Shown here one piece after another: positions 1 to 11,252 of a stretch of 64,000 nt of DNA; positions within the stretch are counted from its first letter, which is position 1, and every line of letters begins with the position of its first letter. The notes under the pieces are model-generated. The model worked only from the letters and a program-made list of their open reading frames with translations. It ran no database searches and was not told the origin of the DNA. The position numbers and the translations under genes are program-made. The DNA is from an uncultured Methanosarcinaceae archaeon (GTDB lineage Archaea; Halobacteriota; Methanosarcinia; Methanosarcinales; Methanosarcinaceae), in assembly GCA_963733675.1 (NCBI GenBank), contig CAVTET010000004.1, positions 288,001 through 352,000 of the forward strand, written 5' to 3'.

Positions 1-460
1 GCCTTTTGCTATAATCTGGAGAAAAGTACTTCCTGATTTAATTTTAAGGAAAGCCGGGCGAATTAATTCTTCAACTACTCACTGAATATTTTCTTAAAGT
101 ACTCTCGCCCATACTCTCCTTTTCTCGTATTAAGAAATAAATATTTATACTCGTATCACAAATGCGATAATGCTGTCACAATTGTGAATGTATGTGATAA
201 TCGAATGTATACCAGAACGGCAGAGTGACTATACTCCCAGCGCAACTCGGAATTAAGTGAGTTAGGTTCCGCTTCTTATTCGAAAGAAAGCTGAAAAAGG
301 GATAGAATAGAAGGATGGTACAAGATATCAGGATGCAAGGAACGTTGGAAGCCCTATGTAGTCTTGAATATCTATAAAATATTTTTAGAGGAACTTTGCC
401 CATGGGTCTGAATGATACTGAAAACATAAAGTTCAATATAGAACATGCACTTCCAGAGGT

Positions 461-1981
461 ATGAACATGGAAATTTCGGTCAAGGTTCCCTCCTTTAAAA
501 ATTTCTTTTCGGGAAAAAAAGGCCAAAATTTAGGAATAGTTCGTTTAATGAACTACAAAATTCCTGGAATTTTAAGTCTGGAGAGTGGGAAAACTATTTC
601 CAATGTCAGTATAGAATACGAAATTTATGGAAAGATGAATGTTGATAAGAGCAATGTCATCTTAATCTGCCACGCTTTAACAGGTGATGCCCATGCTGCA
701 GGGTTTCATAAGGGAGATAAAAAGCCAGGCTGGTGGAACATAGTAATTGGCCCAAACAAAGGATTTGATACAGAGAAATACTGCATCATTTGTTCAAATA
801 TATTGGGGGGCTGTAAGGGATCCACAGGTCCTTCTTCCATAGATCCTGAAACAGGGGAGCCCTATGGCATCTCATTTCCTGTAATTACTATAGCAGATAT
901 TGTTAATGCCCAGAAGAAACTGGTCGAATATCTAGGAATAAGACAACTTTATGCAGTTGCAGGCGGTTCAATGGGCGGGATGCAGGTGCTTCAATGGACA
1001 GTGAGCTACCCTGAAATGGTAAAAAAGGCTATTTCAATAGCTACCACTGCATCCTCAACCCCACAACAAATTGCATTCGGAGCAATCGGAAGGAAAGCAA
1101 TAACTGATGACCCGAAATGGAACAGAGGAAATTATTACGGGAAAGAAATACCTGTACAAGGACTTGCACTTGCACGCATGGTAGGCCATATAACTTACCT
1201 AAGCGATGCTTCGATGCAAAAGAAGTTTGGAAGAGTTCAGCAGGATGAAGAAGGTATAGATCGCTCACCAAATTTTCAAGTAGGAAGCTACCTGAATCAT
1301 CAGGGAGACACCTTTACAAAGCGTTTTGACGCTAATTCATATCTCTATATTACAAAATGTGTGGATTTCTTTGACCTTTCAAAAAATGGGTCCCTAGTAG
1401 AAGGCTTTGCTGGAGTTACTGCAAAGTACCTTGTAATTTCCATAACTTCAGATTGGCTCTATCCTCCTTATCAAGCCCAAGAAATCGTATCTGCTCTTAC
1501 AGCAAATGGGGTTGATGCAAAATACGAAGAAATCAGGTCTCAATATGGTCATGATGCCTTCTTGCTTGAAGGAGGACAGATGAATTATCTAATAAGAAGT
1601 TTCCTATCACAGATTCTTGTAAGTGACGTCATGAATCAGAATCTGTATTCAGTTTCCAGAGATGAGACAATAGAAAATGCATCAATACTCATGGTAAAAA
1701 AGAAAGTAAACCATCTACCTGTCGTATCAGAAGATGGAAAACTTGAAGGTATTGTCACTTCCTGGGATATTACAAAAGCAGTTGCCTATAAAATAACTGA
1801 ATTGAATGAGATAATTACACGTGATGTCAGATACGTGCATGGAGACGATAAAATTGATACTGCATCGTCAATAATGGAAAATTATTCAATTTCTGCACTT
1901 CCAGTCATCGACATAGAAAATCACATAATAGGTATGGTTACAAGTGATAGCATAAGTGCTCTTATCGGAAAGTTCAGTTAA
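461..1981 (+). CDS. metX: Homoserine O-acetyltransferase with C-terminal CBS pair
   Basis: CHALTGD, GGSMGGMQ nucleophile elbow and GHDAFL motifs; two CBS domains at the C-terminus; GAGGT just before the ATG. Confidence 0.93.
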   Translation: MNMEISVKVPSFKNFFSGKKGQNLGIVRLMNYKIPGILSLESGKTISNVSIEYEIYGKMNVDKSNVILICHALTGDAHAAGFHKGDKKPGWWNIVIGPNKGFDTEKYCIICSNILGGCKGSTGPSSIDPETGEPYGISFPVITIADIVNAQKKLVEYLGIRQLYAVAGGSMGGMQVLQWTVSYPEMVKKAISIATTASSTPQQIAFGAIGRKAITDDPKWNRGNYYGKEIPVQGLALARMVGHITYLSDASMQKKFGRVQQDEEGIDRSPNFQVGSYLNHQGDTFTKRFDANSYLYITKCVDFFDLSKNGSLVEGFAGVTAKYLVISITSDWLYPPYQAQEIVSALTANGVDAKYEEIRSQYGHDAFLLEGGQMNYLIRSFLSQILVSDVMNQNLYSVSRDETIENASILMVKKKVNHLPVVSEDGKLEGIVTSWDITKAVAYKITELNEIITRDVRYVHGDDKIDTASSIMENYSISALPVIDIENHIIGMVTSDSISALIGKFS

Positions 1982-1994
1982 CTCGGAAGGAGGG

Positions 1995-2521
1995 CTCAAA
2001 ATTAGAATTATTTTTGTCCACGTTGATTATGTACGGTACTATATCAAGACTAAAACAAAAGTAGCAGAGCCAATAGCTGTAAAAAAAGATTATATGGAAG
2101 AATGTGTCGTTCTTTTCTGCTGTGCTGAGAAAATCGATGAGGACAATCCACATAATATTGTTGAAAATGCCACTCTAGAAGTTATCAGGCGCCTCGAAAT
2201 GATAAAAACAAAAAAAGTTATGATTTATCGTATGCCCATTTTACAAACGATTTAGGCAACCCGGAAACTGCAGTTGAAATTTTAACTGGCCTTGAGAGTT
2301 CTTTAAAAGAGCGAGATATTGAAGTGAAAAGGGCTACTTTTGGTTGGTATAAGGAGCTAGAAATTAGGAGTAAAGGGCATCCTCTATCTAATCTTTCAAT
2401 AACCGTTTCCCCTGATGGAAAGCAAAAATCCGGTACCTTTTGCCCACCACACTCTAATCAAGTTGAAATTCATGATCAACCCATATCTCATTCTTGCAGA
2501 GTGAAATGTTATAATGCATAG
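1995..2521 (+). pseudogene. Free-standing archaeal ThrRS editing-domain protein (Ser-tRNA(Thr) hydrolase-like), frameshifted
   Basis: KIRIIFVHVDY start, then VMIY/YAH across a frameshift near 2228, then FGWYKELEIRSKGHPLS; no canonical start codon after the GGAGG RBS. Confidence 0.8.
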
Positions 2522-2618
2522 TAGCGCCCCAAAATAATTGAAAGAACTGAATGTTGTTGGGCATAATTTAGTCAATATGCTATTAAATGAAGATAATTAT
2601 CTTAATGGAGTAAGTACG

Positions 2619-2951
2619 ATGGAAAAAGCATATTGTAGAACATGTGATACAGATGCAGAGATTCATAAGATGGAAGAAATACGCCCTGAACATAACATAG
2701 AAAAAATAAAAAATAAAAGAAAAAGTCCTATTCTTGCAGCTTTATTATCTTGCATAATTCCAGGGCTCGGCCAGGTCTATGCAGGTGATATATTTCGAGG
2801 ACTTGCAATAATTGCTGCATTGGGTTTTAGCTTTTGCCTGATGGCTCTCATTATTGGATTTTTCACATTTTTTGGTATCTGGATATTTGCAGTAGCTGAT
2901 GCATACAATATGGTAAGAAAACAAAACGATGAAATAAGGTCGCATCTCTGA
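2619..2951 (+). CDS. TM2-like small membrane protein with N-terminal CxxC
   Basis: KSPILAALLSCIIPGLGQVYAG...WIFAVADAY pattern; GGAG before ATG 2619. Confidence 0.7.
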   Translation: MEKAYCRTCDTDAEIHKMEEIRPEHNIEKIKNKRKSPILAALLSCIIPGLGQVYAGDIFRGLAIIAALGFSFCLMALIIGFFTFFGIWIFAVADAYNMVRKQNDEIRSHL

Positions 2952-3042
2952 GTCATTGATCAAACGAAATTCTAAAATTCTGGAGTGAGTTATATATTTT
3001 TATTTGTTTGTGCTTGTTATTCGAAGAATATTATATTCACTT

Positions 3043-3071
3043 TGGAACCTGGTCCTTAAAGTAGGTTAATG
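3043..3071. promoter_or_regulatory. Candidate degenerate BirA operator upstream of bioB
   Basis: TGGAAC-N16-GTTAAT (AACCT...AGGTT dyad) just before the bioB ATG; resembles the TGTtAAC-N14-16-GTTaACA consensus. Confidence 0.4.
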
Positions 3072-3075
3072 TTTT

Positions 3076-4035
3076 ATGATACAACAAATAAAAAACAAAA
3101 TATTAAATGGATTTCAAATTAATAAAGAAGATGCGATGCAATTGATTAGTGCTGATTTAGATCAATTGAGCACAGCTTCCAACGAATTGCGTCAACATTT
3201 CTGTGGCAATGCCTTTGACATTTGTACAATTATTAATGGAAAGAATGGGAAATGTTCGGAGGACTGCAAATTTTGTGCACAGTCAGCTCATTATCAGGTT
3301 TCCATAGAGGAACATCCTCTTTTGGACTGTAAAAACTTATTGAAAGAAGCAATTTACAACCGTGACAAAGGTATTTTGAGATATTCTGTGGTGACATCAG
3401 GGAAGAATCTGGTTGAGGATGAACTAGAAAGCGTTTGTAACAGTTACAGTAAAATCAGAAAAAATTGTGATATTTCTTTATGTGCATCCCATGGGTTATT
3501 GTCTATAGAAAAGTTATTAAAACTGAAAAATGTTGGAGTACAAAGATATCATAACAATTTGGAAACTTCACGCAGAAATTTTCCTAACATCTGCACAACT
3601 CATACCTATGACGATAAAATAAATACTATAAAAGCAGCACAAAAAGCAGGACTTGAAGTATGCAGCGGTGGCATTATAGGACTTGGCGAAACAATGGAAG
3701 ATCGCATTGATATGGCTTTGGATATTCGAGGATTAGGTATCAAATCTGTCCCTGTTAATATTTTAAGTCCAATCCCCGAAACACCCTATGGGAAACTCCC
3801 TGTGCTGACAGCTGATGAAGTGCGTAAAACAGTGGCAATCTTTCGCTTTATCTTACCAGATGCTGCTATTCGATTGGCGGGGGGCAGAAACCTTCTAGCA
3901 GATAAAGGCAGGTCCCTCTTTATTTCAGGTGCTAATGCTGCTATATCCGGAGATATGCTGACAACTTCAGGAATCATCATTAGTGATGATATGAGAATGA
4001 TTCAAGAGCTTAAATTTGAGGTGAAGATGCTGTGA
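3076..4035 (+). CDS. bioB: Biotin synthase
   Basis: CSEDCKFCAQS radical SAM motif, YHNNLETS, VCSGGIIGLGE, IRLAGGR. Confidence 0.95.
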   Translation: MIQQIKNKILNGFQINKEDAMQLISADLDQLSTASNELRQHFCGNAFDICTIINGKNGKCSEDCKFCAQSAHYQVSIEEHPLLDCKNLLKEAIYNRDKGILRYSVVTSGKNLVEDELESVCNSYSKIRKNCDISLCASHGLLSIEKLLKLKNVGVQRYHNNLETSRRNFPNICTTHTYDDKINTIKAAQKAGLEVCSGGIIGLGETMEDRIDMALDIRGLGIKSVPVNILSPIPETPYGKLPVLTADEVRKTVAIFRFILPDAAIRLAGGRNLLADKGRSLFISGANAAISGDMLTTSGIIISDDMRMIQELKFEVKML

Positions 4036-4178
4036 GAGAAGAGTTATTTCTCATTGCCACAAGTACAGATGTTGAGAAAACAGTTACCTTAGGACTGATT
4101 GTGAAAAAGTTTCGTGGAAATGAATTGAACGCAAGATATTATAAAACGGCTTTGAACGGCACAGAAAATACAAAATAA
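4032..4178 (+). pseudogene. bioD: Dethiobiotin synthase N-terminal remnant
   Basis: Overlaps the bioB stop (GTGA); translates LFLIATSTDVEKTVTLGLIVKK...RYYKTALNG, a degenerate BioD FITGTxTDVGKT...YYK start, then stops. Confidence 0.7.
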
Positions 4179-4559
4179 AAGCTGGATGTGAGCTATGCAA
4201 AGAATATCTGCGAAGTTTTGGAGATTACTTATAATCCTAAAACTTGACCTTCCGTCATTAAGCGCTTGATGTTTTTATAATTAAGTTTCCAGTTAAATGA
4301 ATGCTTGCGATTTCATGCGCAGAACAAATTTGCTATAGCTGAGTCACTTAAATGCAAACGACATCGCAAATGTACAAACATATAGAATTTGTTTGCTTAT
4401 TTGTTCACTATTATCTATGCACGCTAGATTAATTTTAAGCTACTGCCATATACTAAAAAAAGATGGCATTTTTGTGTATATCTGTGAAAATTTAGATGAG
4501 CGAGATCATAGGACGAAAAATGAAAATTGACTCAAATGTGATAATCCAAATTACTGACC

Positions 4560-4588
4560 TAAATTAAATTAAATTAAATTAAATTAAA
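4560..4588. repeat. (AAATT)n simple tandem repeat
   Basis: About five consecutive AAATT units. Confidence 0.8.
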
Positions 4589-4884
4589 AATAAGATAATA
4601 AGATTGATGGGAAAAAATTGTGAAAAATACTATTTTTGAGGAAAGATCTGCAGAAAATCTATTCTAGAATTAGGATATCTCTCCAAGACCTCTCACGAAT
4701 AATCTAATAAAAATTGTTTGTTTTGCCCAAAATTCATTTCTATAAGCAGCTTTTTATGGACAATTCCTGTGTTTTTTAGACAAACTGATGGATGTAACAA
4801 AGTTTACTTAATTAGCATTTTCGAGTGCTACAGGTCAATCTTGGACATATTCTTTTATAATTTAAGTAATGAGGATAATTCAGT

Positions 4885-6124
4885 ATGGCACCAATAGATA
4901 TGGTAATATTTTTCCTTGAGATCTCTGTGATGCTTTTCATAGCACTCTTGTGCGGTCATGTAATGAGTAGTCTTCGTTTTCCTGCGGTCCTGGGCGAGCT
5001 TTTTGGCGGCATCATTCTCGGTCCGACGGTTTTTGGATGGCTTAGTCCAAGTACTTATCGATGGTTATTTCCAGCATCTGGTGCTATTTTTGAGGGCAGA
5101 GATGCACTAATCCAAATTTGCATCCTTTTCTTTTTATTCATTGCAGGTCTGCAAATGAACCTGAAGCTCGTTAGGAACAGCGGCATTCGCATAGCATGGG
5201 TTATCTTAATGGGCATATTGCTACCGTTTACACTTGGCTTCGGTATCATCTTCATGTTTTCGAATATGTGGGAGGGGTATTTTAAGGGCGAAACATTTTT
5301 TTCGCGATGTTTATGGGAACAGCATTGTCGATATCAGCTCTCCCGGTTATTGCTAGAACTCTCATGGACCTAGACTTGCTGAATACAGATATGGGGATGA
5401 TAATTATTGGGGCAGCAACAGTAAATGATCTGGTAGGATGGTCTTTATTTGCTTTTATTCTGAGCAATTTCGCGTCTAATAGTATCATTAATATTTCTCC
5501 TTACATGAATTTCATTCTAGTGCTTTTGCTGTTTGTTTTCATGCTCACTATAGGTCGGGTTCTGGCTCAGATAGCTCTTACCTGGCTCAAGTCACATATG
5601 CCCTGGCCAGGGGCCTTCCTTGGGATAATGACAATCCTTATATTGTTGACTTCGGCTTGTGCTGAAGCTATCGGGATACATGCTGTTTTTGGCGCTTTTT
5701 TGGTAGTCTTGCATTCTCCCAGATCCTAGAGAAACGGGATGAGGCACATGAGATAGTCTATCAGTTCGTCATATATTTTTTTGCCCCACTCTACTTTGTT
5801 TCAATTGGTCTACAGGTTAATTTCGTGGCATCTTTTGACCCGATTCTTGTGCTGATAGTTCTTTTAGTTGCATGTATAGGTAATGTGCTCGGTGTGATGC
5901 TTGGCTTTCGTGTGAGCAAGATGCCATTGCGGCAGTCTGCAGTAATAGGTTTTGCTTTGAACTCAAGAGGAGCAATGGAGATGATATTAGCTACTGTTGC
6001 CAGGAATGTGGGACTGATCAATGACCGCTTGTTTGTGGCTTTGGTTGTCATGGCACTGGTTACATCCATTCTAAGCGGCCTGATAATTAAAACATTGAAT
6101 GCTTTTGATCTTTCTATGGCTTAA
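4885..6124 (+). pseudogene. Cation/H+ antiporter (CPA2, Na_H_exchanger), split by two frameshifts
   Basis: PAVLGELFGGIILGPT, ALSISALPVIAR, AATVNDLVGW and LNSRGAMEMI lie in three different frames; breaks near 5300 and 5707. Confidence 0.85.
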
Positions 6125-6465
6125 ACACTATAAAATTTCTCGATAATATATTCATGTTTTTCATTTTTGGTTTTAGTTTGCTTTGATTTTGGACTATCAA
6201 GGGCCTCAAAGACAACAAATGACAGCAATCTTTTGGGATGAAGCTTCTATTCCATTAATATTCATAATGTAAACATAAACAGTATACTAAAACATGTAAA
6301 GAAGTTTTATTCTATTAAAAAATAAGAAATGGATAAATTTTTAGAAATTTATTAATTGAGACTGTAATCTCAAAAAATTGGGTTTCTGATTCAGTTTATC
6401 CACATTTTTAATTTTGGTTAGAGCACTAGATATTTATTTTTCTCTTGTTTTTTTATTTATGATGG

Positions 6466-6612
6466 TTTTTTGGGTCAATTAGTTCCAAGTGTTCCATGAG
6501 CTCCAGATGTTCTAGGAGTTTCATAGGCTCTAGGAGTCATAAATCAGTAACCTTTTCTTATTTCGTATGGAACTTAGAAAATTCAAAGATTTTAGCACAA
6601 AACTTATGCATT
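6466..6612. repeat. ~150-bp dispersed repeat, copy 1, with internal 9-bp periodicity
   Basis: Aligns by eye with 9992-10136; units like AGTTCCAAG TGTTCCATG AGCTCCAGA. Confidence 0.75.
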
Positions 6613-6735
6613 ATTAATATAGATCAAATAGGTTTTATGTGATTGAACTGAGAATCAGCATAATTATATCTAACATTATATTGAATTTTAGATTGTATGG
6701 TAATTAATTATTATCAAAACATGCAAGGAATATAA

Positions 6736-7575
6736 ATGAAAATCAAGGGCTACTTAGTTTATTTTGTGATTTCAGCATTGGTTCTAATTTCCGGATGCAT
6801 GAAAACCCCTAATCAGCTATCAAGAGAAATTAATAGCAACGATAATTCAACTTTGGCTTCAATGTCTGGAAGTAATACTCTTTATCAGGTTTCCACAATC
6901 GATGCTCTTCTTCAAGGAGTTTATGATGGGATTCTTCCTATTGGCAAACTTAAAACTCACGGGGATTTTGGTCTAGGAACTCTTGATGGACTTGATGGAG
7001 AAATGATGGCTCTTGATAGTAATTATTATCAGTTCAAAACAGATGGAATTGCATACCCAATTTCTGACAAAATGACCACTCCATTTGCTACAGTCACCAA
7101 TTTTAAAGCAGATAAAAATTACAGTCTTGAAAAACCTATGAACATGACAGAGCTTGAGCATTATCTGGATTTGAACTTGCCTTCAGAAAATTTTTTTTAT
7201 GCTATTAGAGTTGATGGAAACTTCTCATACCTGAAAGCTCGAAGTGTACCCAAGCAAAACAAACCATATCCCAAGCTTGTGGATGTAGTGTCCAATCAAA
7301 CTATTTTTGAGTTTAAAAATGTGAGTGGCACACTGGTAGGATTCAGAACTCCGGATTATATGAATGATGTTAATGTTGCAGGGTATCATCTTCATTTTGC
7401 CACCACAGACAGGAGTTCAGATGGACATGTCATTAATTAAAAGTTGAGAATGGAACTGTTGCTCTCGACACAATAACAACTTTTATCATAGAATTTCCCA
7501 CCAGCGGCAATTTTTCAAAAGTAAAATTAGGGCAGGACTTGAAAACTGAAATAGATATTGTTGAAAAAAATAATT
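6736..7575 (+). pseudogene. budA: Alpha-acetolactate decarboxylase with lipoprotein-like signal; frameshift near the C-terminus
   Basis: LYQVSTIDALLQGVYDG, HGDFGLGTLDGLDGEM, GYHLHF; LISGC lipobox; homologous-looking tail KVENGTVALD...IDIVEK continues in another frame after 7440. Confidence 0.8.
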
Positions 7576-8293
7576 TAAGACCAAGTACTCAAAATATTTC
7601 GGTAGCAACTATTCAATGAGTTTGATTTTAAATTAAAAATTGAACACCAATTCTATAAAATTTTTGATGTTGAGCAGTTGATAGACTGAGAGATAGTTTA
7701 AGATCAACGTTTTAATGGAGAAATTTTCCCATAAAAGATAACAAAATTCGAGACATTTTTTCATTACTTATTGTGAATTTGTGCTGAAAGGATCGGTAAA
7801 TACAACCGAGTACTGAAAATATTAAGTCCGAAGTTCATTGAATAATGCTACATTAAGAGAAGATCACTAAATTTTGATAAATCTCTTGGATTTATTGGGC
7901 GGTAGAAATCGTACATGGCATTTTCAGCAAGATGTTTCAGGATTTCTTGGTTTCACTGATGCGGAGATTTTGATACAAAAACTATGCATATATGAGATAG
8001 GAGAGAATCCAATCAAAGTCATTGATCCCGTAATTCTACCCAAAGTTGTCCATGCATCATGTGGGAAAGTTATTCGAGCTGAACTTATCATTTATCTCCA
8101 TGAATGGGGTAGGATCCATCATTCTCGTACATTCCCACAGATTGAAGGTCCGAATTTTTAATATCTTAAGACTCTTAATTTGTTTTTCTCTTAGGCGAGA
8201 AAATGTTTAGATATCAATAGGTTTTTCAGATTAACTATTGTTTACAAAATCGTAGTGAGCTACTTGGAAAGGTAAAATTGAATAACTGAATAG

Positions 8294-9146
8294 GGTTCCG
8301 TTGCAAAAAATCCTTTCTAATGATACAATAGAATAAAAAAAACCAAAGATAGTAACATGCTATCTAATTCCTTTAAATGGAAGCATTATGAAGGGGAAAT
8401 TATCTTATTGAATGTAAGATGGTACTTAAAATATGCATTAAGTTATAGAAATTTAAAGGAAATGATGGCAGAAAGGGGAGTAAAAGTCGACCATACAACA
8501 ATCATGAGATGAGTACATCAATATTCCCCTGAAATAGAAAAGAAGATAAGAAGACATTTAAGACCAACAAATGATTCGTGGAGAGTTGATGAAACCTATA
8601 TCAAAGTAAAAGGTAAATGGAAATATTTTTACCGAGCAGTTGACTCAAATGGAGATACAATTGATTTCATGTTAAGTTCAAAACGAGATAGAAAGGCAGC
8701 GAAGAGATTCTTTAAGAAAGCTTTAAGTTCTAATCATAATCAAATTCCAAGATTAATAACCGTTGATAAGAATCCAGCTTATCCACCTGCTATAGATAAA
8801 CTAAAAATTGATAAAATACTACCTAAAAACGTAGGCATTCGACAAATCAAGTATTTGAATAACATTATAGAACAAGATCACAGATCTATAAAGAGAATCG
8901 TTAATCCAATGTTAGGATTTCAGTCTTTTCGATCTGCTAATAAGACTTTAAAAGGAATTGAAGCTATAAATATGATCAAAAAAGGACAAGTAATCGATTT
9001 AAATTACTCTGTTCTTAATGAAGTCAAATACATTAATCACTTGTTTGGTATAGCTTTATAATGTTAGTACATTTTCCTTGAATGTTTTGATTTTTATTAA
9101 TCACGTATAGATTTACATATTTTGTTGAAGTTTTTGCAACGGAACC
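8294..9146 (+). mobile_element. IS6-family insertion sequence, transposase broken by an internal TGA
   Basis: TIR GGTTCCGTTGCAAAAA at both ends; WRVDETYIKVKG and YLNNIIEQDHR motifs; TGG->TGA near 8510 relative to the copy at 30338. Confidence 0.95.
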
Positions 9147-9255
9147 ATTTCCCCTTCATAATGCTTCCATTTAAAGGAATTAGATAGCATGTTACTATCT
9201 TTGGTTTTCTTTTTATTCTATTGTATCATTAGAAAGGATTTTTTGCAACGGAACC
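9147..9255 (-). mobile_element. Inverted 109-bp left-end fragment of the same IS6 element
   Basis: Reverse complement of the IS6 left end (TIR through codons MLSNSFKWKHYEGE), abutting the right TIR of the first copy. Confidence 0.9.
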
Positions 9256-9991
9256 GAAAATTGTAAATTCCCATAAGCTACGGAATGATAGAGTTATCAA
9301 AAAATAGATGAACATAGTAAAACATGATCAAATCTTGAACAGTATATTCTTTCTCTATCAGTTGGCTATACACTTGAAAGAACTCAAAAGAAGAAGTTAA
9401 AAAAGTAAATGGGCATAGGTTTTTTGAGATTACAGAGTGGTGGTAACATTAATTGGAAAAATAAACGAAGTTATCTCAGATGTCCTATAAGATAACATTA
9501 CTTATTATTATATAAACAAATGTTAATAACGATAAATTATTGTATTTTTGAGAAGTACTGTGAATAAATGTAAATAATAAGGATTACTCCATTTAAAGTC
9601 AAGATTGCTCATTACATAATTGTCAAAATTGATTTAATTTTAAGCTCTCTGACTTCACAGGAATGCATTAGAGATATAAACTCAATCCTTAACAAGACAA
9701 CGTTCATAACTGACGCGCTATGAGCATCAGCTACGTATAAAAAATAGATCTTATAAGTTGTGGGTAAGATACATATACATCAAAGAGTTCCTTGACGATT
9801 TTTCGCTCTCAGACACGTAATCAAGCTAAGACATCTTTTTTGGGATCTAGGCCATAGCGCATTTCTGAATCCTAATATATTGATTGAACACGAATGGATA
9901 TATACTTTTCACATATTTATTACATAGTAATAATACTAACTGAATAAACTCTGATTAACTAATCCTAATCCCACGGATCAATAAAGCTATC

Positions 9992-10136
9992 TTTTTGGTT
10001 AATTAGTTCCAGGTGTTCCATGAGTTCCATATGCTTTATAAGTCCCAGAAGCTCCATGAGCACTAGATTAATACCCTTTTCTTATTTCGTGTGGAACTTA
10101 GGAAATTAAGAAATTTTGGTTCAAAAACTATGCATC
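9992..10136. repeat. ~150-bp dispersed repeat, copy 2
   Basis: Direct repeat of 6466-6612 (shared AATTAGTTCCARGTGTTCCATGAG and CTTATTTCGTRTGGAACTTAG). Confidence 0.75.
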
Positions 10137-10279
10137 AATAAAACAATAGAGACATAACAATTGGCTCAGAATTCTACTTTTTTGCAATAAAAGAAAAAAG
10201 AATACAGAGATAATTCGATTTAACAGAATTTTGTGTATATTGCCAAAATTAATGTGTGTAATTAATAATTTTTAAGGTA

Positions 10280-10640
10280 TCACCAAGTTTCCTGACGATG
10301 GAGTCTTTCATTGCTTGTGCAAGGACACGGGAAACCTATAGGTGTACCCTTAAATATGCAAGAGGCTAATACGATTGTGTCAGACCCCAGTTTTATCATT
10401 TTTATCACTCTTGTTACAGCTTTTTTACCTAGGCAGCCACCACACGTATTGATACCAATTACTTCAATATCTTCTGTAATCCAGTCAAATGCTAGTTTCT
10501 TTTCTTTCATCACTTTAAAACAAGCAGTACAGGGCACATATCTTCTGTTTGAATGCATCTGATTAAACCAGCTTTCATAAGATATTCTCTTTACTTTTTT
10601 CGCAAATATCAATCGTTTTTTGTTCTGCAGACAATACTTT
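10280..10640 (-). pseudogene. CGGC-domain metal-binding protein, degraded
   Basis: CFKVMKEKKLAF...INTCGGC...LASCI...GFPCP; both ends look frameshifted. Confidence 0.7.
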
Positions 10641-11252
10641 TATGTAATAAAGAATTATTTTTTTGTATTTATCGGGGAGCCTTATAGACACAAGTGAACC
10701 TGCATATGATAACTATTTCCCGAGATTTTGCGTTTGTTCCTTTGTTAGCTTGCATGAGAACAAAACGTAACGATAAGAACCTGTCTAATAGCTACATTTT
10801 TATTCTAAAATGTAGCTATTCAGTTAAACAGATTAGCGAACTTTAAGTATTTTTCGATATCTGAAACTTCCGAAGAACTGCAGAAAACCGGAACCATTTT
10901 GCAGGAATAGAATACGCTTTAATAAAGTCATCACGAATGATTTGTAGAAAAAATAAAACAGTTGATCAGTTTTGACTATGTTAAAAACTCATATAAAGCG
11001 CGAATTTCTCAGATAGCTGAGAAAAGGAAACCAGAGGGGACTATTTAGCCTATCAAAAATAAGTTGGTAGGTATCTACTTTTGATGCAATAGGTACTTAT
11101 GAGTACTAAAATGATTGGAAAATAAAGAAAATAATCAATATTCGACAGTTGGATAAAATCAGCCTACAGAAATTTGCTCATTGAATCCTCGTAAATATGG
11201 ATACTAATAGTTTTTTCCGGGCTAATAGTTCTCAAAAAGGATCAATTTGAAT

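Noticed and set aside
1-460. Possible Met/SAM riboswitch upstream of metX, and ORF 176-526(-)
   Set aside because: No recognisable S-box or other aptamer motifs; the ORF overlaps metX antisense and has no family features
7874-8161. 95-aa ORF with TTG start
   Set aside because: No recognisable motif or RBS; may be a decayed gene but I cannot assign it
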